64,000 nt of DNA from the human T2T-CHM13v2.0 reference genome, Homo sapiens. Below, piece by piece: positions 1 to 13,629 of this stretch. The stretch is from assembly GCF_009914755.1 (NCBI RefSeq), contig NC_060933.1, one strand, 5' to 3'. The notes below the pieces were generated by a model. The model did not search any database, had not been told where the DNA came from, and saw nothing but the letters and a program-made list of their open reading frames with translations. The position numbers were made by a program, and so were the translations under genes. Positions within the stretch are counted from its first letter, which is position 1. Every line of letters begins with the position of its first letter.

Positions 1-20
1 ATTGAGTAACTCAAATATGA

Positions 21-868
<848 letters not shown>

Positions 869-3116
869 TTAGCAGTCGCTCCCCAATCCTCCCATCCTGC
901 CCCAGGCCCAGACAATCACTCATCCATTTTCTGTGCCTATAGATTTACCTTTTCTCTACATATAAATGAAATCATATAATATGTAAGTTTTTATGTCCAC
1001 CTTCCTTAACTTAGCATAATGATTTTGAGGTTCTTCCATGTTTGAGCATATGCCACTATTTTGTGCATTTTTAAAGTGCTGAATAATATTTCATCATATA
1101 GATATACCAAATGGATGTATTTTCTCCATTCAGCAGTTGATAGACATTCGGTTTTTTTTCAAGTTAGGACTAATATAAATAATTCTGCTAGGGACAGTCA
1201 TATGTAAACCTGTATGTGAACATATATTTTCATTTTTCTTGTGTAGATTTTTAGGAATGGATTTACTGGTTTGTGGAGTTAATTTATGCTTAATCTTTTA
1301 AGAAACTACCAAACTGTTTTCCATTTCACATTCCTAATAGCATGTATGACAGTTCCATTTTCCCTATGCCCTTGCTAACACTTGTTCCCATCTGTATTTT
1401 TGATTATAGTTATTCTAGAGGTTGCAGGCTGTACTTCATAGCAGTTTAATCTGCCTTCCCTGAATGACTCATGATGTTGAACATCTTCTCGTGTGCCTTT
1501 TGGCAACTTGTACATATTCTTAGCTGGCATGTCTATTCAAATCTTTTGGCCCTTTTCATTAGCCCTTTTGATTTTTGTTACTGAGTTACAAGAATTATTC
1601 TGGACATGTCTTTCATCAGATATAGTATCAGAAAATAAAATATTTTCTCCCAGTCTGTGGCTTGTCTTTTTATTTTCTTAAGGGTGTCTTTTGAAGCAAT
1701 TTTTTAAAAATTGTGACTAAATTGATTTTTTTTCTTTAGTGCATTGTGTTTTGGTGTTGTAAACAAGAAATATTTCCTAACCTAAGGTCACAAAGACTTA
1801 CGTTTCTTTCTAATAGTTTTATAGTTTTCCTTCTTACATTTAGGTCTTGAACCCTTTTGAGTTAGTTTTTGTATACAGTGTGAGACAGGGATCTAATTTC
1901 ATTTTTTTATGCAGATATTTAGTTGTCCCTGCATTATTTCTTAGAAAGACTATTCTTTCTCCATTAAATAATATTCTTATCAAAAATCAATTGGTCATAA
2001 ATGTATGGGTTTATTTCTGAATTCTTTATTTGATTCCTTTGTTTTATACGACTGTTCTATGTCAGCATCACACTCTTTTGATTACTGTAGCTTTGTCATA
2101 ACTTTTGAAGTTGGGAAATATGAGTCCTCCAGCTTATTTTTCAGGATTGTTTGGCTAGATCTTTGCATTTATATGAAATAATATTCACCAGCTGGAGCAC
2201 ATTGTTTATGTACAGTTCTTTTTGTCTTCAGATATGTAGTTTCCAGTCAAAACACTATTTTCCAAAGTTCCATTTTCCACTCTCTCCTGAAGTTAAGTTG
2301 TGCCATACATTTGTAATATAGCTAGATTCATCTGCCACGGTCTGATTTTCATCCTGGTATCCCCGAACATCCTGGTTGATTTTTTTTCAAATATGCGTAC
2401 ATTAAAGTTCACTTTTGTGTTCAATGCAGAGTCATGTATCCTATCCTAGTAATGTACAGAACATTCCTATCACCCTAAAATTTCCCCCTGTTCAATTCCT
2501 TTGTAGTCAGCCATCCTCTTCGCCCACAACCAATGGCAATGAGCAACGTATTTTTCATCCTATAGTTTTTCTGTTTTCCCAAATATCATATGAATAAAAT
2601 CTTACTATATATTGCCTTTTGTGACTGGTTTCTTTCACTTAGCAAAATATGTTTGTTTCATTCATGTTGTTGAATGAATCAATCATTGTTCTCTCTTATA
2701 TCATTGAATAACGTTCCATTTTATGCATGTATCACACTTTATCAATTCCTTGGTTGAACAGCATCTTGTTGATTTTTTCTCCAGTTTTTAGCAATTACAA
2801 ATAAAGCTGCTATACATATTCAAATACAGAGCTTGTGCCAATTTAAGTTTTTGATTTTCTGTAGTAAATACCTTGGATTTCAGTTGGCAGATTCTACGGT
2901 AACTACATATTTAACTTTATAAGAAACTGTCGCACTGTCTTCCAAATGCAGTGTATCATCTTGCAGCCCCATGAGCAATCCTATTGCTCCACATTCTTGC
3001 CAGCATTTGGTGTCATCAGTTCTTTTTGGATTTTAGCTATTCCGACAAGAGTGTAGTGATGTATCACCGAGGTATTTACTAATTTGTATTTCCCTAATGA
3101 CAAATTATGTTGAGCG

Positions 3117-3430
3117 TTTTTTTCTTTCTTTTTTTTTTTTTTTTTTTTTTGAGACTGAGTCTCGCTCTGTCGCCCAGGCTGGAGTGCAGTGGCGCGATGT
3201 CAGCTCAGGGCAACCTCTGCCTCCTGGGTTCAAGCAATTCTCTGCTTCAGCCTCCTGAGTAGCTGGGATTACAGGTGCCCACCACCATGCCTGGCTAATT
3301 TTTTGTATTTTTAGTATAGATGGGGTTTCACCATCTTTGCCAGGCTGGTCTTGAACTCCTGACCTCGTGATCCACCCGCCTCAGCCTCCCAAAGTGCTGG
3401 AATTACATGCATGAGCCACCGTGCCTGGCC
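3117..3430 (-). mobile_element. Alu
   Basis: Poly-T plus reverse Alu body; degenerate TSD ttgagYgtttt. Confidence 0.97.
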
Positions 3431-3874
3431 ATTGAGTGTTTTATGTATTTATTTGCTATCCATATATCTTCTGTGGTGAAGTATGTGTTCAGATCTTTTG
3501 CCCAATTTTGAAAATTGGGTTGTTTGCTTTCTTATTTTGGGTTTTTCAGAGTTATTTATATATTGTAGATATGAGTCCTTGGTCAGACATGTGATTTGTA
3601 AATACTTGCTCCCAGTCTGTGGCTTATCTTTAATTATTTTAACAGCTGTCCAGGAGAAAATATTTTTAATTTTGATCAAGTTTATCATATTTTTATATAT
3701 TATTTTTGGTGTCATATCTAAGAAATGTTTGCCTAATCTAAAGACAAAGATTTCTCCTAGGTTTCCTCTAAAAGTTTTAGAGCTTTACCTCTTATATTTA
3801 GGGCTTCAGTTTATTTTGATTTAATTTTTGTGTATGGTATAAAATAAAGGTATATTTTTATCTCTCTCTCTCTC

Positions 3875-4187
3875 TTTTTTTTTTTTTTTTTTTTTTTTGA
3901 GACGGAGACGCACTCTGTCACCCAGGCTGGAGTGCAGTGGTGCGATCTCGGCTCACTGCAACCTCCACTCCCGGATTCAAGGATTCAAACCATTCTCCTT
4001 CCTCAGCCTCCCAAGTAGCTGAGATTACAGGCTCGTGCCACCACACCTGGCTAATTTTTGTATTTTTAGTAGAGACAGGGTTTCACCATGTTGACCAGGC
4101 TGGTCTCGAACTCCTGACCTCAGGTTATCAACCCACCTCAGCCTCCCCCAGTGCTGGGACTACAAGCCTGAACCACCGTTTCCAGCC
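3875..4187 (-). mobile_element. Alu
   Basis: Reverse Alu; TSD tatttttatct. Confidence 0.97.
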
Positions 4188-4411
4188 TATTTTTATCTTT
4201 TCTTATTTGCATGTGTATATCTAGTTCTCCAAACATCATTTGTTGAAAAATAGTGTAATTTTCCCATGACATTGGTAATTTCTATCTTGGACTTTTTCCT
4301 GGGCTTCGCTGATAAAATTGATAGGCTCATATATGTTTTCAGTAATGTTTTATTTTCTCAGTTTCTATTTCATCCCATATTTTTTAAAAATCCTAAAAAT
4401 GCTGCTGATGA

Positions 4412-4705
<294 letters not shown>

Positions 4706-4921
4706 GCTACTGATGATTTTTAAAAATATTTTTCAAGTTGTTATGAATCTATTCCCTATCTTAGACACTTTCTGCCTTTCCTATGAGATTCTGATTAAAA
4801 AAGAAGATAACTTTATCTGTTCAATCTGAAATCTTTACTGCTTTTCAGCTAATGCTTTCTTTTGATTTATAGTATATCCCCAGTATAAACTGTGTTTCAG
4901 TCTCTAACTTCAGTTTCTTAG

Positions 4922-4971
4922 CATTCTATGGCCTCTGAACAAAATCTACTAATATGAAAGCATTAGTGGGA

Positions 4972-5004
<33 letters not shown>

Positions 5005-5066
5005 ATTCCCATCCAAATATTCCTTCAGAAAATATTGCAATTCAGGAATGTGATGCCTTTCCTGGG
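4922..5066 (+). pseudogene. Exon remnant 1 (possible start exon, interrupted by (CA)n)
   Basis: Acceptor-like tttcttag ends at 4921; ATGG at 4928; strong donor GGG|gtaagt at 5067. An alternative acceptor tccttcag ends at 5028. Reading frame uncertain. Confidence 0.4.
4973..5002. repeat. (AC)n microsatellite
   Basis: About 15 perfect AC units. Confidence 0.98.
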
Positions 5067-5186
5067 GTAAGTCTAGCCCAGTTTGTCTGTATTCTCACAA
5101 CGCCAGCCGGAAGGATCATTTGGGTCCCAGGAGGGACATGCGTAGTCCACAGTGACATTCCTCAAGGCTTTTTTTTCTTTTGCTAG

Positions 5187-5345
5187 AGTCTATAGAAATT
5201 ATCCCCAGATTGTAGCATATGATGTTTAGCTTTCCTTGCTTGAATGCAATTGTGAAGGTTTTTTAAAAATGTATTCCCATAGCTCTTTTATTGGTAACTT
5301 AGGATGGACTTCTCTGATAGAGTTGACAAGCCAACATCTTAGCCC
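5187..5345 (+). pseudogene. Exon remnant 2
   Basis: Acceptor ttttttttcttttgctag; length 159 nt (3n); degenerate donor CCC|ataagt (possible CpG decay of c|gtaagt). Frame ambiguous: one frame has 1 stop, another has 7. Confidence 0.4.
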
Positions 5346-5775
5346 ATAAGTCCTTACACTTGGAGAAAAAAAAAAAAATGAAAACACTGTGACTCAGCAC
5401 ATTTAGTGTGGGATCAGTCAGTAGTTCAGTGTTTTCATTTCATGGCTTCCTAATGGAACTAACAGTATCGGAGGTCCTTTATATAGCACCTGGGGAATTC
5501 ATGTTTTAACAAGGCAAGATGCCAAATGTCCAGTGTAATCATATATAATCCATCACAATGACTAAAGCTTGCACGAATAGAGAAGCACAAATTTCTCCAA
5601 AATATGTCAACTTGAGTTTCTACTGTTGAATTTTTTATGACAACACTTAAAAGCCAAATTAATTGATTTGATGTTCATGGTCTGCTGTCTGTCCTCTGGC
5701 ATGCTTCTTTTACTGTACAACTGAGACATAGTGAGAAGAAAAATAAAGACTTCAAAAAATCCCCAAAGTGGATAA

Positions 5776-6103
<328 letters not shown>

Positions 6104-6269
6104 AATGTACTCTATTCTTTAGAAAAGTACAATTTGGCTTAAAAAACCAAGTAAGCAAAAGACAATGTTAAATTGTCTTACTTTTCTCCCATATCTGACT
6201 TAGCTATTTACTAATGTGCCTTCATACTTCTTAACTTTAGCATCCATTTAGTAAAAACAAATGAACCTT

Positions 6270-7240
6270 TGTAGTTTATTGAGATATTATTCATATATCA
6301 CAAATTTTATCCCCTTAAAGTATTCATCTTAAGAGTTGTAGTATATTCATTATACAATTATCCCACTTTCTAATTCCAGAATATGTTCAGCACCTCAAAA
6401 GACACCTCACTTCTCATCCTCTAACAAGCTATACTCTACTTTCTACTGATGTGCCTTTTCTGGACATTTCGTATAAGTGGAATTATACAATATGTGGCTG
6501 TTTTGTCTTTATTCATTCACTTAGAATATTGTTTTTAAGGTTCACCTATGTTGTATCCAAGGATCGATATGTAACAGTACTTTATTCATGTTATGGATGA
6601 ATAATAGTCCTTCATATAGATTTATCACATTTTTTGTTTATTCATCAGCTGATGGTCATTTGGAATGTTTCCACTTTTGGTGATTATAAGTAATTGCAAC
6701 AAACAATCATGTAGAAATTTTGGTAAGAACACATATTTCAGTACTTTGGACATACATCAAGGAGCAGAATTGCTGGATTATATGGTAATTCTATTTTAAA
6801 CTTTTATTTCTATGTTTAGAATATAAAATTCTATGTTTAACTGTGTGAGGAACTGCCAAAGTGGCTGTGCCATTTCACATTCCCACCACCAATCTATTTT
6901 TTAAAATTCCATTTTTAAAGCATCCTCGCTATCACTCGTTGTTTCTTTTTAACATTATAATCATACCTATCCTAGTGGATGTGAATGCTATCTCATGTGG
7001 GTTTGGTCTGCATCTGCCTGATAACTGATGATGTTGAGCACCTTTTAATGCACTTATTGACCACTTGTATATCTTTTTTTGAAGGAATACTCATTCAAAT
7101 TCTTTGCCTATATATTTAATTGGATTATTTGTCTTTTTAATTGTAAGAGTAAGAGTTCTTTATATATTATTTATACTAGACCCTTATCAGGAATATTATT
7201 TAAAATATTTTTTCCATTCTCCAGATTGCCTTTTCATCTG
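6270..7240 (-). mobile_element. L1M (L1MB-like) 3' fragment
   Basis: Reverse L1 3' end motifs (tttattgagata, ggaattatacaatatgtgg, gaggaactgccaaagtggctg). Confidence 0.85.
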
Positions 7241-7445
7241 CACTTTTTAAAATATGCGTTATTTTCCAAGAACCAAAGTTTAAGCCTTAAGTGTCTGTCT
7301 CCTTTCTAACATATGGTTTCGGTTAATTTTTGGCTTTCACAAACTAGCCAACCTCTGGGTAAGATATTTAAAAACATTTTTTTTATTTTACATGAAAGGA
7401 ATTTTTAATGAGACTATAGTTTGTATTTTTTCCTTCATTCTACAA

Positions 7446-7814
7446 CAAGTACCACCTTCAATAGCATCTCTCTATCTGCTACAGCCAGCGCCTAGACCAC
7501 TGCAATCTGTGAGGCTGTTTCACAGCCACCTGTGCCCCATGGATTTAGCTCACCTCTAAAGATGCCAGTGTTTAAGACACAATCACCTTTCTTATGAACA
7601 CCACCATCCCCAGAGTCTCTCAATTGTTCAACTTGTCCCTGGGGCTGCCCAGGGGCCTTGGCCACCACTATCAGTTCCATTATCATGGATTCATGGATTC
7701 TCATACTAGCACCACTAATATTGCTATCCATCATCCCCATTCTGAAAACTACCCCAAGGCCAAGAATACACTATTCAGTATGCTAGCAGCAAACATATAA
7801 CTTGGTTACCTCAT
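7446..7814 (+). pseudogene. Exon remnant 3
   Basis: GC-richer unique island after the pyrimidine tract ttttttccttcattctacaa (AG apparently mutated to AA); donor CAT|gtaggc; 369 nt (3n). Frame ambiguous. Confidence 0.45.
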
Positions 7815-8374
7815 GTAGGCATTATCAACTGGTAGATTTACTGAAGGTGGGCCAATGAATATACACATTATACAGTGTTTATTTCAGTGCCTCTATGACA
7901 TTTAAAACATTTTAATGTTGATATAAATAACAGGTGTTTCAAAAATAGTACAGTGTGATGTCCTGTACTTTTTGCCCAGGTTTCGCCAATGGTAACATCT
8001 TATGTAACTCTACTACAACATCAGACTAGGAAATTGACATGGGTACAGCCTACTGACTTTATGCAGATTTCACCGGTTTTAATTGCAATCTCTGGTACCG
8101 CCAAAAGCCAAAGAGCCATATAAAACTGACAGAGAGAACCTCCACTTCATTACTGCTATGGCCTAAATATACCATGATAAAACTAAACCAAAACCTCATT
8201 TGCTACACAGATCCTATTTTCACTGTGAAATTTAGGAAGCCAGGTCACCTACTGAGGAAAATAGAACACTCTGAAATTTACTCTTTAGTATTTACTATCA
8301 ACACTCAATAAATATTTAATTATAAGATAGATGATGTTACAGTTTTGAAGAATCTTGTAAACATAAAAAATTGC

Positions 8375-8668
8375 TTTTTTGAGGTTTTTGTTTTGTTTTG
8401 TTGTTGTTTTGACAGTCTTACTCTGTCACCTGGGTTCCACTGCAGTGGCACGATCTGGCTCACTGCAGCCTCCACCTCCCAGGTTCAAGCAATTCTCCTG
8501 CCTCAGCCTCCTGAGTAGCTGGGATTACAGGCATGCACCACCACGCCCGGCTAATTTTTTGTATTTTTAGTAGAGACGGGGTTCGTCCATGTTGGTCAGG
8601 CTGGTCTCAAACTCCCGACCTCAGGTGATCCGCCCGCCTCGGCCTCCCAAAGTGCTGGGATTACAGGC
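8375..8668 (-). mobile_element. Alu
   Basis: Reverse Alu missing the first ~20 nt. Confidence 0.95.
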
Positions 8669-8841
8669 CATTTCTTTTATTTCTATTAATCAGTTGGTGA
8701 TAATTTTACCCTGAAAATCTGACACTGGGTGTTAAATGGTGTTTTCATCCATTGACTATTACTCTAGAAATGGATCACTCTGCATTATAAAGAGGTCAGA
8801 AACTTTATGAAATATGCAGATTTTCACTTTTTTTTCTTGAG

Positions 8842-9013
8842 GGTTTCCATGATCCATGAGAACATCCACCAGTCTTTCCCCAAAGGGCTATAAATGTGGG
8901 GGTGAAAATGGGCCCCCAATCCCATCAACTTTCCAGAACCATGTGAACTGGGCAAAAGTTCCTGGGGATGGTTTTGGTGGACTCTCATCAATGAACAGAG
9001 TCTAGTGCACTGG
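8842..9013 (+). pseudogene. Exon remnant 4
   Basis: Long pyrimidine tract ending cttgag; consensus donor TGG|gtaagt at 9014. The phase-0 frame has three TGA stops, each compatible with CGA>TGA. Confidence 0.5.
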
Positions 9014-10121
9014 GTAAGTCCACGAGTTTATTCACCGGCCCTTGGGCAGAATGAGGGTGGGAAGTTTAGTAAGACCCACTGACCTTAGGTCTTGGAATGA
9101 GAAAATCTAGGTAAAAATCCTGGCCCAGTTATAGAGTAACTGTGTGAGTTTTGGAAACTTTCTCCGCTTTTCTTGCCTTTATAAGGTAAAAACACTCAAC
9201 TTACAGAGTTCTTGTAAGAAACTTAAAGCAACTTTCTGACCAATGCATTCATTTTATAATTCAGTAAGAACATCAGACAAACCATTTATAACTCTAACCT
9301 AAAATCTCTGCTGGTCTGCCTCCAGGCCACTCTTCCCGCAGAGGCTGTGACGGCCTTGTCATCATCCTCTGTCCCCACACCTTCCCGAGGCTTCTGTTTT
9401 CTGTCTAAGCAATCCCAGTTGCTTGAGCCTTCCCTCCAGGGCCTTATCTTGATTAACCACTCATAATTAAAATTAAATTTGATGAACTGGAACCAAAGCT
9501 TTTAGTTGGCTTTTTATCACTTTGCTTGCTTAATTTAGTAAAATGCATAAAATGGAAAGAGCATCATTTTCTACTAATTAAAGGAAGGCTGAAAAGTAGA
9601 GTAATTTTCTGAATAAAAGAGACAAACTCTCGATTCTTAATTTTCTTTGTATATCTGAACTTATTATTGTAAAAAAGAAAATCCCTTTGATATGTAAAAA
9701 TCAGCTCAGATTGTCAGGAGATGTAATGAGTAGTTGCAAAAAAAAAAGTATTCTGGAATATATTTGTCATATACCAGACTATATTTCTTATAACTGGAGA
9801 GAATACAATTTATACAAAAGTTTCATTTTATTTTTAAACTCATTTCTTAATATAAACAAATATGTGTGTGAGAAAAAATTTAAATTTATCGTATATATCA
9901 AATATATATCATAAATATATATTAACTTATGATATATATCATAAATAGAAAAACTCTGATATCCAAATGAATTATGATTTATAAAGTTTATTTTTAATTA
10001 AGCAAAAGCCTTAAATCTACGCATAAAAGGGGCTAAGCCTATGAAGCCTAGGAAGTGGCAGGAAGATGGAGGATACCTGTCAGAAGATTGAGAACTGGAA
10101 AGAATCTTTGAAATTTCCAAG

Positions 10122-10891
10122 TGAGGACTAAGCTCTGATTTTTTATTTTGCCCAAATTCCTATCTAAGGGGTCTAAGAAATCATGCCTTACAAACCAAAA
10201 ATTCTCATCAGATGGGTTTTATTTGACCCTATGTATCGTGACTTACTTTTCAATCTCACTCTGGAATAACATTGCGGGACAAGGAAAAAATATTTAACCC
10301 CAAAATATATTTCCTTGCCATACTTTGAAACTGCCTGGCAAAGTCTCTTGTGGGAAAAATCCACATCCTATAGATAACCCCCTTTCCCCCTTGTTTTTTT
10401 TTTTTTTTTTTTTCCTTTCCTTCCAGATTCAGAAAATAATCAGCTAAGAGCCGGGCACCCTTTTAGGTCTGATAAGAAACATTTTACAACCTGCTCCCTC
10501 TCTGAAGTCAGCTATCTGAGAGATTCCTCTGCACAATAAAAGTTGGCCTCCACAATCCTTTATCTTAACCTGAACATTCCTTTCCATTGATCCCAGGTCT
10601 TCGATAAACTCAACAAACTGTCAACCAGAAAATGTTTAAATTTACCTATAGCCCGGAAGCCCCTGCTTTGAGTTGTCCCGCCTTTCTGGACCAAACCAAT
10701 GTATTTCTTAAATGTATTTGATTGATGCCTCATGCCTCCCTAAAATGTGTAAAACCAAGCTGTACCCCGACCACCTTGGGCACATGTTCTCAGGATCTCC
10801 TGAGGGCTGAGTCATGGGCCCTGGTGACTGACATTTCGCTCAAAATAAATCTCTTAATATATTTTACAGAGTTTGACTCTTTTTGTCGACA
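10122..10891 (+). mobile_element. ERV1 solo LTR, MER4 family (MER4D/E-like)
   Basis: TG...CA termini; start tgaggactaagctctgatttttt, end tttacagagtttgactctttttgtcgaca; AATAAA near the 3' end. Confidence 0.85.
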
Positions 10892-10990
10892 TGAGCTAAC
10901 ATAGCTGAGTGAAAATGACCTGGGATATGTAAGTAACTTGAGTACTCTGAGTCAGTAGCAAATTCCATGAAAGAATATAGAGCCTGTTAG

Positions 10991-11607
10991 TAAAACCATC
11001 CCCACAGCGTTGTCAAGAATTGCGTGCTGGGTTCTGGATAGAAATATAGCTCTAATTAAGCATTCATCAGGCTGCACTTGGCTCACTTCCTTGTTGCCGA
11101 AAGTCAGGTAGCACTCGATGCAGACCACCTCTCTCCTCACTGATTCTCCGGACAGGCTTTCTGATGTTAGGATCATAAGACTTCTGTTTAAGAATTGATT
11201 TGCATGCCTATTGCTCCTATAGATAAAATACCTGACATTAGAATCCTGAGGCTTTTGTTTAAAGATTGCTTAAGATGTTTTTCTGATTCTGAATTCCAGT
11301 GAAACAGCTGATGCAAACCAGTTTGAAAACATCCACAGAAAAATAGAATCAGCATGAGAGTGCAGTTTCTTCATTTCCCTGTCCCATGACTCAACCCTGC
11401 ACTCTGACCAATCAATAATTTCCACACTTCAGCCCACTCCAAAATCCTTAAAATCCTAGCCCCAGCTCCTGGGGGAGATATTTTTGAGATTTCCTCTTAT
11501 CTTCTCATTTGGCAACCTTGTGATTAAACCTCTTTCTCTGTGGCAACTCGGTGTCTCAGCATCCTGACTTGCTGTATGTATTGAAAAATGGACCTACTGT
11601 GATTACA
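10991..11607 (+). mobile_element. ERV1 solo LTR (MER72-like, tentative)
   Basis: 4-bp TSD ttag at 10987-10990 and 11608-11611; ATTAAA signal; ends ttaca. Confidence 0.75.
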
Positions 11608-12114
11608 TTAGGAGATGGCCACAAAGGGATGCTTATCCAATAAACATTTATTTTCCTCCATTATAGTTTTTGTGCAAGATCTTTTTTTTATTAAAACTAT
11701 AGATTTTGGAAAAGCAAAATACATATCTAAGTTATTTTTTAATTTTTTCTCACAGCTTAACACAATGACTGGCACAGAGCTTTTGCTCAATATATATGTG
11801 TTAGAGAAAGAACTGAGAAGCTTCCATTTCTAGCACAATTGCAGATTAGATAATCTAAAAATCTCTCTTAAAAAACACCTAGAAATGCTGCATAAACTGT
11901 AGCAAGAAATTCTCAACAGAGAAAGGCAAAGAAAATTCCCTTCTAGATTCTGGCAGTGGGAGAAGAGTCACCACTGTGAAATACTCCTAGAACTTTCTCC
12001 CTAGCAAAGGCCTGCTCTCCATAGTGAAGGATAACCTAGTATTATCCCACCTGAGGGAAGGATATTTTTCTGACTCCAGACCCCTCTAGCTTTCCTGTGT
12101 CATCTGAGGGAGAA

Positions 12115-12149
12115 AAACAAAACAAAACAAAAACAAAACAAAACAAAAC
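12115..12149. repeat. (AAAAC)n
   Basis: Tandem pentamers. Confidence 0.9.
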
Positions 12150-13497
12150 TAGAAAATATTTATGAAGGTCGCATACCAAGGAGGCCACATACCAGGAAGG
12201 CCACTAAAAGAGTGGGATTTAATCATAAGATTATACAGTAGTTTCTCTCCCCTATAACTTTTTACCATCTCACCAACAGGGGTCCAGTCCAGTAACAGTG
12301 GGTTACAGCAAAAAGAGCTGCAAGATAAAAGTTCTGTTTGAGAAGCATGCAAGGAAGCTCAAAGTTAACAGTGCAGACAATGACAAGAACCCTGAAGGAA
12401 TGTGAAGGGTCTGGCACCCACAGCTACAGCAAACATTAAACATAGCCCAACTCTTTGTCAGATTATCATAAAACTTCACAGGAAAGGCCTATTTATCTCA
12501 GTTTCTATTCCCTAGCACATCGTGTTCAGATTTTCATAAAAATGTACAAAGCATGCTAAGAGACAAGAGAAACACAGTCCGAGACACAAAGCAAGCCTCA
12601 GAACCAGACTTAGATATGATACAGATACTAGATTATCTGACAGGGAATTTAAAAACTATGATTAATATGCTAAAGATGCTAATAAAAAAATTAGACACCA
12701 TATAGAGATGGATAATGTAAGCAGAGAGACAGAAGATACATAAAAGAATCAAAAGGAAATGCTATGAATCAAAAGAAATAAAGAATGCTTTTGATGCACT
12801 CATCGGCATACTGAAAACAGCCAAGAAAGGAATTTAAAGATGGAGTCTATAAAAAATTCCCAAACTGAAATGTAAAGAGAAAAAATGTGAAAAAAAAAAA
12901 GATCCAAAAGGTCCAAGAATTGTTAAACAACTTGAAAAAACATAAACCATGCACCCCGAATGGCAGGAGAAAGGGACAAAAAAGCAGAAAAAATATTTGA
13001 AGAAATAATGGCTGAGAATTTCCAGAAATTAGTGACAGACAGCAAAACACAGCTGTAGAGAATTCAGAAAACACTGAGCATAATAAATTTTAAAAAAAAT
13101 TGAAACCTGAGAAAATCTTGAAACAATACTAGAGAAATAAAACCCCTTACAAGTAGAGGAACAAAATAAATATTACAGTTTACTCCTCATCAGAAACCAT
13201 GCAAGCAAGGGAGAGTGGAGTGAATACTTTACATACTAGATGAAAAAAAATCACCAACTTAGAATGTCTATGCCCAGAAAAATTATCCTTCAAAAGTGAG
13301 GGAGAAATAAAAACAGTCTCAGACAAACAAAAACTCAGGGAATTTCTGACCGGTAGACCAGCCCTTCAAGAAGTGTTGACAGAAGTTCTTCAGGGAAAAG
13401 AAAAATTATATCGTTCAGCAATTCTGATCTATATAAAGGAAGGAAGATCATCGCTTAAATAACAAATGAGAATAAATCTTTTGTTTCTCTTATTCAT

Positions 13498-13629
13498 ATT
13501 AATGTATCAATTAATACATTAATTTATTACAATTAATGTATTAATTGTATAATTGTACAATTGTATTAATTAATACAAACATATTAGTACATACAAATGT
13601 ATTAATACAATTAATGTATTAGTACATAC
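13498..13629. repeat. AT-rich cluster of short palindromes
   Basis: ttgtattaattaatacaa (13561-13578) is a perfect palindrome; near-palindromes at 13498-13523 and 13528-13549. Confidence 0.85.

Noticed and set aside
7363-7913. Minus-strand retrocopy with ATTAAA, an A-tract and TSD-like gaYatttaaaa(a)catttt flanks
   Set aside because: The flank match is low-complexity AT sequence and no parent mRNA was recognised. A + strand exon with pyrimidine tract, donor and 3n length fits the gene chain better, though the retrocopy is not formally excluded.
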